A stretch of 64,000 nt of DNA from Euprymna scolopes (lineage: Eukaryota): assembly GCA_053919585.1 (NCBI GenBank), contig CM132798.1. One strand, 5' to 3'. Of the stretch, positions 54,450 to 64,000 are shown piece after piece (positions within the stretch are counted from its first letter, which is position 1; each line of letters opens with the position of its first letter). The translations under genes were made by a program, and so were the position numbers. The notes under the pieces were generated by a model. That model was not told the origin of the DNA. It worked only from the letters and a program-made list of their open reading frames with translations, and did not search any database.

Positions 54450-54925
54450 TGGCAACAAAATCTTTTTTACGTTTAACTTGAAGGTAATGATATTGTAGTC
54501 AGCTAGAAAGAACACCAGCGGAACGCATTTTCACAGGGTGGGAGGCAATTCTAAGGGAGAAACTCACTATATATTATCCATGTTTAAGTTTTAAGCAACT
54601 AATGAGATAGTGCTTTGGCTAGTCGAGTGTTATTTGTAAAGGGTTGCTGGAGGGGGCATGGATTAGAGCTCAATTACTATGAAAAAAAAACGATAGAGAA
54701 GGGACAGACTCGGAACGTCTTCTTGTGGGAAAGAGGTTCCAGAAAAGCGAAAGCATCTCCTACTATATTAGGAAGGCAACGAAGGATAAAAGCTTTGAGC
54801 AACTCCAGCCCAGATGTGGTAACAGAATTTGCGATCTTAGAACGTACTTGGCTCTCATATAGAGAGTGAATTGCTTCGGCACTGATATATCTACTGGGAG
54901 GTAGATGCTCCAAACATTTTTCTAA
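54450..54925 (-). mobile_element. 3' fragment of a CR1-group LINE related to 1516-4195
   Basis: ORF 54677-54913 SRYISAEAIHSLYESQVRSKI...IVGDAFAFLEPLSH parallels SRRYLTTDAILYLYKSQVRPRI...LVGD...QPLSH in the first LINE. Confidence 0.85.
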
Positions 54926-55019
54926 CGACGTTGGCTACGGATTTTATGTGTGTACCTTATTTAAGATAAGGCGTAAAGGTCAGAACAAGAAGTTTCTCTA
55001 AACAGTGAGAGCCATTCAT

Positions 55020-55377
55020 TCAAAAAATAGAACACTCGAGCTGAGATCGAAACCAAACCCAGCGACAAGAAATCAGGTACGATCTCAATTAGGCCAGCTT
55101 GACAGTACCTCCAAAAATATTATTCTTATTTGGAATATAATGTGAACGATTAGAGCATGCGCAAACGTGAAACACCCAGCAAAAACAAAAATTCCACGGC
55201 CCCTCCGTAATTTGTTCAATTTGGCCCCTTATTATCTCGTTTCTCGAGATGAAAAACTGATCCTAAAAAAATATCTCTATGCTTGATTTTCCCATATACC
55301 AAATTATTAAACTGTCGATCAGAAATACGTTGAGTATATAGGTTAAGAAGTGCCCTCATACACACATTCTCACTTTT

Positions 55378-55385
<8 letters not shown>
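55020..55385 (-). mobile_element. Non-autonomous Helitron-like end with a tRNA-like module
   Basis: Minus-strand A-box-like TGGCCTAATTGAG and B-box-like GGTTTCGATCTC (~55043-55097). Ends catacacacattctcacttttct then (TA)n. Confidence 0.4.
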
Positions 55386-55449
<64 letters not shown>

Positions 55450-56059
55450 ATCAGTTATGGATAATCAGTTCCAAATAATTATTCATAACTCTTTAAATAA
55501 TTGGAACGTAAATATTGCAATTATATTTTACTTACACATATTTTTTAAAAAGAACCCCCTTTTTTGGAAAAATAGGAGTTAATTCATTTGTTGTGTTGTG
55601 AGGGTTTCGTGTCTGGATAACATATAACAGGGGACTCAGAACGAAGGGTAATTATGCCATTTATATAACAGTTAGTTTTACATCAGAAGAGGAGTCATTA
55701 TTAATGCTAGCGAGAACACATAATTCTTAAAGGTGTTATGCAAAGTTCGTTTACAAGACGATACACAAACACATTTACATTTTCTTTTTGTAGAATGACG
55801 ACAGACGAATATGATTCTTTATTCACACCAGCTGATCATGACAGTTGTGCTGGGATTTAAGATGTTAAGACTACACTGTCTTCTCTCACTCCTCTCTCGC
55901 CTCAAAGGGGACGTGGGTTTCCATTCTGGCAGATTCTTTCTTTGCTCTGTGACTGTGTCTAACTTCGAACCCTGACTCAATATGTTGGAAATCTCCTTTC
56001 TGGATGACGCCAGAGGCGTGGCTCGCCATGTGAAATTTTGTTACGTAGACTCTATCTAT

Positions 56060-56600
56060 GTATGTCTAAACACAATTTTGATAAACAAAAGGTTACTTTA
56101 ATTACATTGTCTAGTTTAACCTATTTGTTAATCATTATCTCTAAACTCATATTGTCCTGGCATATTTAATATCCAGTTATTTCTTAAAGAATGACCACTT
56201 TCTAAATTACATATCTATCTCTGACATACATCATATTTAGCTATTTGCAATAACAATGACAATCCTAATGCATTCCTAGGATTTCAATAAGTATTCTTTT
56301 TGAAATTTTCTTACTGGGCTCGATTGTAACCTTTTCCAAATATCCTTTTCAACTTATCTAGTTTGCTTTCTTACTTACTGGGATCTGTCTCCTTTTATAA
56401 CACATTTTATACTAGATTTCTTGGCACGTATCCAGCTATACATCCGTTTCTTAGTAACAAACATAACTCACTGCACAGTCGAAAATAACAATGTCGATTT
56501 CTCATCGCACTGTTTTTTATCGGCAAGAAAATACAAAAACTCGTTTCCGGTCACTTTTCATACAACCTATAACGGCTATAGCCTGTCAGAAAGACGGTGT
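56060..56600 (-). mobile_element. Decayed CR1-like LINE 3' fragment
   Basis: Minus-strand LEKV trace (~56328-56340) followed by an ALGL-like segment, typical of LEKVQRRATK...LGL. Confidence 0.35.
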
Positions 56601-57323
56601 TAAGGTTATAGATTCTATTTGACAATACAAGTAATTGCTTTTCTTCCCTATCTCTTTGAATGTATGTTCGGTGTGTTGGGAACGAAGAGGCAATAAAAAG
56701 ACAGAGATAGAATTTCACAAGAAGAATCAATAAGATGTTGCAATTTGCATAAATTTATCATTTCTACATTTTTACGATATGGCGTTTGATGGGTGCAAAT
56801 GTATCTGGCAGTTGATCAGTGTTACGATTTTTTCATTGACGAGACATCATATATTTTTATTTCCAATAATTCTTACAGATCGACCTATATAAATATACAT
56901 CTGACAAGCTGTCCGTCTATCCATCTATATCAATATCGTAATAAGCCAAGAATGCTGTAGATAAGAAAGGATTTACAATAGATTATGATAGATTAGCTGA
57001 CGAAATAATATTTTATAATATTTAAATTATTCAGTCTAAAGTTCTAATAGTAAGTATTGTTCTAAGCTCCCTCCCATACTCTTCTAGGTGCATCTAGGTG
57101 GGTATTCTGGTTTGTTTCTATCAAACTCGGAAAAGACGCAGATTTCGATAGAAACATTTCTGATTTAAAAAGAATGCACTCAGAGACAGGCAGCCGTAAC
57201 ATCGATCGAAAGGTTTTGTGAATACTCAAGATATCAACAGTAGTTCTATCAATCAAAATACTATGAATTATCAATTGTCATATTTTATAACACTGCTAGG
57301 TTCTACTTACGTATTCAACACTA

Positions 57324-57375
<52 letters not shown>

Positions 57376-57784
57376 TAGTGTTATATATATATATACACAT
57401 TTTAAGTTTTAAATGCGTTCATTTTGCAATAAAAGACAAAAAAAGTACCATTGAAAATCGCTACAAATTATACATTACTTTGCATATTCTTTAAAGTAGA
57501 CTATTCGATGGCATTCGAAGTCAAACCCAGATAGCAGCTGCTGTGATATTGTGAACAAACACAGACGGTATTTATTAAATAACATTACCATTATTGTATT
57601 TTTTTATGTTTTAAGATTAGTCCCGCGGGAAAATTATTTCTCGAAATATATAAAAATCAATCGGGATTTGATTCAATAATGTTTCATACACTATCGAGAT
57701 GGATTAAAATATTATGTGTACGCATATAGTATGGTCGACCAACGCTGGGCTGCCAGTAAGTCCTATAATAGAGTATACTAATAT

Positions 57785-57838
<54 letters not shown>

Positions 57839-57945
57839 GTATAACTACATAATTTACTCACATAAAATTAATATACGAAAGTATAGAGTTATACGTAAAC
57901 GTGAAGTATTTTCTTCAAACGTGCTCAATACGTAGGTAGAGCTAA

Positions 57946-58082
57946 TTAGTAAGTTATAAAATGTATATGGCGATAAAGCTACACTGAATATTTCGCGTTT
58001 CATCCACTATGTGCGCCTGAAGAGTCCTAGAGTGGATGAAACGCAGAATATTCAGTGTAGCTTAATCGCCATATACATTTTA

Positions 58083-58093
<11 letters not shown>
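57946..58093. repeat. Long hairpin (~63-bp arms, 22-nt spacer) containing a hammerhead-like core
   Basis: 57946-58008 is nearly the reverse complement of 58031-58093. CTGAAGA-GTCC-tagagt-GGAT-GAAA-CGC at 58017-58044. Confidence 0.85.
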
Positions 58094-58157
<64 letters not shown>

Positions 58158-58333
58158 TCGCTGATCAAATTGAACATTCAACAATATTGTTTGATTGCAT
58201 ATTAGATTACTGTACACACACAATTTAAAAAAAAATAGAAATCGTCCGTTCAAATTGCTAAACAAATTGGCTGTTAAATGCCGAAAACACCACTTAATAA
58301 AATGTCAATCAAGTTAAAATTAAACGAAATATT

Positions 58334-58335
<2 letters not shown>

Positions 58336-58396
<61 letters not shown>
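58336..58396. repeat. (AAT)n microsatellite
   Basis: About 20 perfect AAT units. Confidence 0.95.
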
Positions 58397-58399
<3 letters not shown>

Positions 58400-58602
58400 C
58401 AGAAGAAGAATAAGAAGAAACTAAACAACTCTTTACTCGTAACTATAAATAATATTACTCATAGTTTAATTAAAAATGTGATTTCTTAAAATTAAAAAAA
58501 AAATCAAATAGTTTTAAATAGAGTTGGATTTCTTTAATAGATTTATCGTTAATTATATCTGAAAATATGCTAAACTAAGTTGCGAGCACATACTATAATA
58601 TT

Positions 58603-58972
58603 AATTTATTTATTGTGGACTATTTCCTCATCTTTCTTAGTTGTTGTTTAACGATGTTTCGGCCAACTATTCATCTGGCCTTCGTCAGGTTGTAGCCGCG
58701 ACTGCATATTGACTCAGAATCTTTTAACTGTATTACCTAGAATTACTACTATCAATAGTTGCTGTTGTCTCACCACGTTTTGGCCAAGTAAACCTCTGGC
58801 CGACTTTGGGAAGTATTGCAACCGCTATCTTAAGACAATTCTCATCTGGCACCGTAGAGATTCAACCTCTATATCCACTACGCTTTGGGGCCCGAAGCCC
58901 AGAGGAATAGTCGGCCGAAACCTCGAGAAACAAAAACGTAGAAATATGAGGATAATAGTGCGCAATAAATAA
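58603..58972. mobile_element. ORF-less inverted pseudo-LTR mini-element (PLE-derived) with hammerhead motif
   Basis: ~58605-58685 and ~58893-58972 are diverged inverted repeats. The minus strand 58693-58649 reads ACAAC-CTGACGA-A-GGCCA-gatgaatagt-TGGCC-GAAA-CATC-GTT. Confidence 0.7.
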
Positions 58973-59804
58973 GCATATAAATAATACTCATCTCAATAAT
59001 CAATTCCAATTTAATAATATATATATATATATATATATATAATATTGTTAGTTATTTAACTGTCTCATAAATTCAGCAATAAAAGGTTGCAGACATTTGC
59101 ATTTAGTTGAATATATCGGAATAAGATATTAAAAATACTGCTGCTCATTAAAATAACGATTATCACTAGTGGGCAAATTTAGATGCACAGCGCGTCATGT
59201 TTTATTGGGTTTGTGGCGGCATGCAAGTTGGTAAGTAAAAATAATACACATTTACATGTTAACCATGTTTTGGATTATGCCAATGCTTATTTTACTAAAA
59301 TATGTTTTTCTCACATAATATACATGCACTCATGTAAAAATTTACGAATTTAACACAAATTGACAGGTAACATTGTAAATGACACTAAGCGTATTCTGAT
59401 CATCTTGGGCATTTTCCACCTTTGATTCGGTTAGTGCACACGTATACAGACTGTTATGCTTTAAGATACATCATGAGATAAACAGAATGTTAGTCCTGTA
59501 TTTATTAAAGTAGACTATGCTAATATCTGCTATAAAACACCAGGACGACATATAAAGTTTGCTTGTAAGTTATTACAGTTTTAAAATATCTTGAACTTAT
59601 TCTAACAGCACCAAGGAATAAACTCTGATACGTTAAATAAACCGACTGATTGAAAATGACAGCGCGTAAATTGTAATGCTCGACAAGAAAAACATTGATT
59701 GAATGCTTAACGAAAAGGTAAGCGCGAAGTGGAAACATGTAATACAGGTTCATATCATGTTAAAAGGAAGATTTGGTGACATAGTTAAAAAAAAAATGCA
59801 TGAG

Positions 59805-60200
59805 TAAAAGGAAAATGGCGGAGTCTAATTTCCCGCGCAAATGCGATCAATTTCCCGCTATTTGGCCTGTCACGAAACAGTCAATCGTTTATAACATTTT
59901 GCACGAAAACTCGCTTTTATTCCACAAGGACGGCCGATGCGATATCAATCAAACGGAAAGAGAGCAGCGAAGAAAAACTGACCAACGAGATATTACATGA
60001 AAGACGCGAGGTACGTTACAAAGACCGGAAGTAAACAGGGGCAAAAACAAGGAAAATGATACGAGATCAACTTTGGCGTGTTCCTTTGTCGTTTAATGCA
60101 TTTAAAGATGGCGGAAATTGTTGGTGCGTTGCTTTGAGAAACAACAGGATAAAAAGTAAAAAAAAAAAAAAATAGCATCTATCACATCACTTCCGCCGCT
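59805..60200. promoter_or_regulatory. Candidate housekeeping-type promoter motif cluster
   Basis: YY1-like AAAATGGCGG (59812) and AAGATGGCGG (60105); E2F-like TTTCCCGC (59829, 59851); ETS-like CCGGAAGT (60025) and ACTTCCG (60189). Locally CpG-retaining. Confidence 0.35.
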
Positions 60201-61059
60201 TAGAAATAAGAGATACGCTTGCTAATAACTTTAACAAGGGAAAGTATTTTGCAGGAAACCGACTCACTCGCAGAAAACGCTCATTGCACGCTTCGATAGA
60301 GTCGTTTTCTATGTAAAATTATCACATCCACATGTTTCTTCCAATGTCGGTTTAATATAATTCTACATAATATCGTTCTATTACTATACTAATACAAATA
60401 TACTCTTAGTGATACACGGCTTTGCCCGGGGTAATGGAACACAAAAGAAGATGTAAAAACTGTGTGTAATATGTTTACACTTAAATTCTCACCTTTTATG
60501 TGTCGCAGTTCCCTTCTCTATACTTCTGTTATTCAATTCCTCTTTCAGCTAAACCAAGCCAATTATTCTCTCTTTTATTCGGGCATAAAAATAGGAATAG
60601 ACGCCAATTAACTTATCGTTCAGTGTTGAAGTTATTTACCCAAATGCCACACCGAGTTACTCATGCTCGATTTCTTCTTTAAAAATTTTTGGACACCAAC
60701 TTTATTATAGTATATCCTCTATAAGTTTTTGATTTCCTCTTCACTTTCCAGCATATAGAACATAATTAGCAGCATGTTTTAATATATAAAACTAAGGCTT
60801 CCGAGTAACTTATCTTTTCTGTTATGAAATTGCATATAAAAAAATATAATGAGCATATTTCTTTCGAGAAAAAATAAAATGATTTTGTAGGATTTCTGCA
60901 TATAGATTATTGATGAGACCAATATATAGTCTATTGGCTTATTTGTATAAACTATGACGCTTACAGAACATAATACTCTATAATTAATCTCATGGTGTCT
61001 GGTCAATATCGTGGAAACAAAATACACATTGTTTCCTCCAATCTATTCTGCATTCATCA

Positions 61060-61686
61060 GGTCTGATTTTTTTTATACAAAGGAGACAATAGATACCAAG
61101 GCCTGGAGGCCACAGATCAACAAAATTTCAGACCACGGTTACAGTCTTTTGTTTAGTTTCAAGTCAGGGCCAAATCACCTCACCTCACATCTTCGGAGTT
61201 AGTTTGAAAGTAAATACCAATGTGTACCTAGATGCATTGCAAAGTGTGGTTATTCCCTGGTACAATCAGGTCTCAGCTGGAAGACTCTGAGAGGTAGGAG
61301 GACAAGGCGCCGGACCATAAGACAATACTTAATAGGACATGACTTCAGAATGGCTACTCACTGACCCCCTGCTTTCCCGACTTAAATCCGCTGGACCACT
61401 TCGTTTGGTCATACTGCGAGAACATCACACACATGAACTTTAACAACACCAAAGACAGCCTGATCGACGCCATCTGCCGAGCTCCCGCCGGTACTTGTGA
61501 AATAGACATGTTTCCAGTTCCGGGCTCGTATAGAGGGTGTGATTGAGGCTTAAAGCATCCACACTGAATAGGTGCAAGCTCTACTACATAATCAAGTTAC
61601 CTAAATTGATGTTTTCAATAAATGTGTTGAAATCAAGGTACACTGTTATTTTCTTTAAAGCAAAACATTTATCGTTCAACCCTGCA
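61060..61686 (+). mobile_element. DD37D/maT-like Tc1/mariner transposase 3' remnant
   Basis: LKVNTNVYLDALQSVVIPW, EDKAPDHK (cf. QDSAPAHK), PDLNPLDHFVWSY, NNTKDSLIDAI. The end caaccctg resembles a CAGGGT TIR. Confidence 0.8.
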
Positions 61687-61821
61687 GAAGGCTCCTATCA
61701 CTTTTGAGATTTGTACACAACTGGTTTACTAGTAGACGGGCTGCAACAAAAACAAAACAGTCTTCAAAACGGAAAGAGAATCATGTCGTGTTTTCTTGGG
61801 CGACAATTTTATCGTCCTGTT

Positions 61822-61862
<41 letters not shown>

Positions 61863-62480
61863 ATATATATATAAATATATATATAGAGAAATATATATAT
61901 ATATATACAAAAATATTACTATGTCAGTACAGATTACCAGATCTATTCTGCGACATGTTAACTTTAACTTACTAAGTTGATCCTTAAGTTTATCCTTTTT
62001 ATTTTTTATTTATCTTTTTTATATATTAGTGCAAATATTAACCGTATTATTGCACATTTTCTCGTTGAAAAAGTGGTATTATTCTCTGGAGAGCCATGTA
62101 ATTAACAACCGTCCTGTTTTAAAAGGCGAGAGACATTCAAACTCCCGTTTTCTATTTACAAAACTGCAGTTAATATATTCTCTTTCATCCTTATATAGTA
62201 AAATTCTCTTTTATGAATGTAAACCTTTGAGAAACCGGCTCATGCAACTGCTATGCTTATTTCTCTTTAACAATTTTAGATAGAGCCTTTTTTCCTTTTT
62301 TTTTCTCCTTATGTAAATTAATATTCTTTTGTAATAATAAACCTTTTAGAAGTTGGGTTGTGTACGTGCTAAGTCTGCGATAATTTAAAGTTATTTTCTC
62401 TTTTTCCGGGAATGTAATGAGTATTCTTCATTTTTATTCTGACATAATTAATGTAATACACACACACACAAACACACACC

Positions 62481-62517
<37 letters not shown>

Positions 62518-62909
62518 GTGGGGGGGGGTATCTAAAGACACAATGGGATAAGCATTAAGTTACATTTAAACTACCCTATATTATTATGTCAATACGATGA
62601 AGGCCGACCACATTAATAAGGGAAATTTAGGGAACCTTTTTAGTTCATGAGATTTAAAGCGTAATTCTTCTTATCAGAAGAGGAGAAAAAGGCAGTATTA
62701 TAGAAAAGAAACTGCAAAATTCAAATATCAATTTTGTATACATTTTAGGTTAGAAATGAAGTATTTGTAGGGCATTAAATAAACAGAAGAGGGGAGTGAG
62801 AGCATTAAAAAATGACCGTTCATTATAACTTGTATATATGGCACCAAATATAGAAGTTCGAAGACAATACGAAAAAAGCATTCCAATACGGCATATGCAT
62901 CACAAAAAC

Positions 62910-62978
<69 letters not shown>

Positions 62979-62981
<3 letters not shown>

Positions 62982-63691
62982 AGCAATTCATCCCTATGTA
63001 CTCTACATGTCCCGGACACCTACAACTGTTTAGACCCAAAATGTGCGAAGAAGTTTGGTAGACTCTCCAAAACCCAACACTTTCAACTTTGACAACCAAA
63101 TCCATTCCCCAAAACTGATTAATAAGTTTGATTCATTTCTGAATTCACTTTATGTAAATTTCAAATGTTTAGACAAAAATTTGCTGAATAGTTTGCTAGT
63201 GACTGTAAAGATCAAATTTTATGAACGTTGAGCCATTGGCAGCCACATTTTCGGCCAAAAACTAATAAAAAGTATTGCCCTATAACTGAATACACTTTAC
63301 GTTGAGTTTCAAATGTGTAGAACAAAAATTGGTTCATTAACCTGATAGAGACTGCTGAGTTTTAATTTTTTTAAACACTGACACCAATTTCGACCTCTAA
63401 ACATTTATTGTTACGGGCGCAAATACATTTCAAATGTTTCATCCATGCCCAATAGCCTACATCTAAAATTGTATGTGTTTAGGCCGTTTATTAGCGGAGG
63501 AGTTTGGTAGAGTTTCCAAAGGTCAAATCGTTGAACTTTGATCCCTTGACAGCAAAATTACTGACCGAAAAATGATATAAACGATTTTTTTTTAAATCTT
63601 AATAGCCCTTGTGTCAAATGTCGAGTTTGTAGAATTAAAATTGATAGAGTAGATTAGTAGGGTAATGTACACATACAGCTACACACACTGA
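62979..63691 (-). mobile_element. Non-autonomous Helitron/HINE-like element with internal repeats
   Basis: Starts aCTAG right after (TA)n(CA)n. Internal repeats tttcaaatgt.taga.caaaaatt at ~63158, 63307 and 63428. Ends in an acatacag..acacac tract before the gap. Confidence 0.45.
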
Positions 63692-64000
63692 NNNNNNNNN
63701 NNNNNNNNNNNNNNNNNNNNNNNNNNNNNNNNNNNNNNNNNNNNNNNNNNNNNNNNNNNNNNNNNNNNNNNNNNNNNNNNNNNNNNNNNNNNNNNNNNNN
63801 NNNNNNNNNNNNNNNNNNNNNNNNNNNNNNNNNNNNNNNNNNNNNNNNNNNNNNNAATTTTCAAACACGATCGTTTACTTAAATTTTTGATTATCCTAGT
63901 TTTCCTGGATAAATTGAACCACGTTTTCCATTACATATATATTAACTATAGTGTATAATTATTTTTAAGTATATGACGCATTAAAGAATGTGGAAACGTA

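Overview
AT-rich eukaryotic (invertebrate-like) genomic scaffold with 13 short N gaps and many (TA)n microsatellites. No intact protein-coding gene can be supported, and most ORF-track entries are microsatellite, gap or decayed-transposon artefacts. The window is a densely nested transposon graveyard. It contains a decayed Helitron (Rep and PIF1 motifs, CTAG end) interrupted by a CR1-group LINE with a 5-bp target-site duplication, a second Helitron 3' end, and several non-autonomous Helitron/HINE-like elements. It also holds four Tc1/mariner remnants, further LINE fragments, tandem arrays, an apparently exact 1289-bp tandem duplication and a decayed tRNA-Cys. The most notable signal is about six Penelope-like element (PLE) remnants and five hammerhead-ribozyme-like loci. 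These include a very young PLE with ~400-bp inverted pseudo-LTRs, each carrying a minimal hammerhead with the U3-A8 core variant, and three tiny ORF-less palindromic hammerhead elements. Helitron-like elements carrying tRNA-derived modules, AG|GT ratchet-like sites and a YY1/E2F/ETS motif cluster are more speculative leads. All calls are from reading the sequence by eye and no searches were run.
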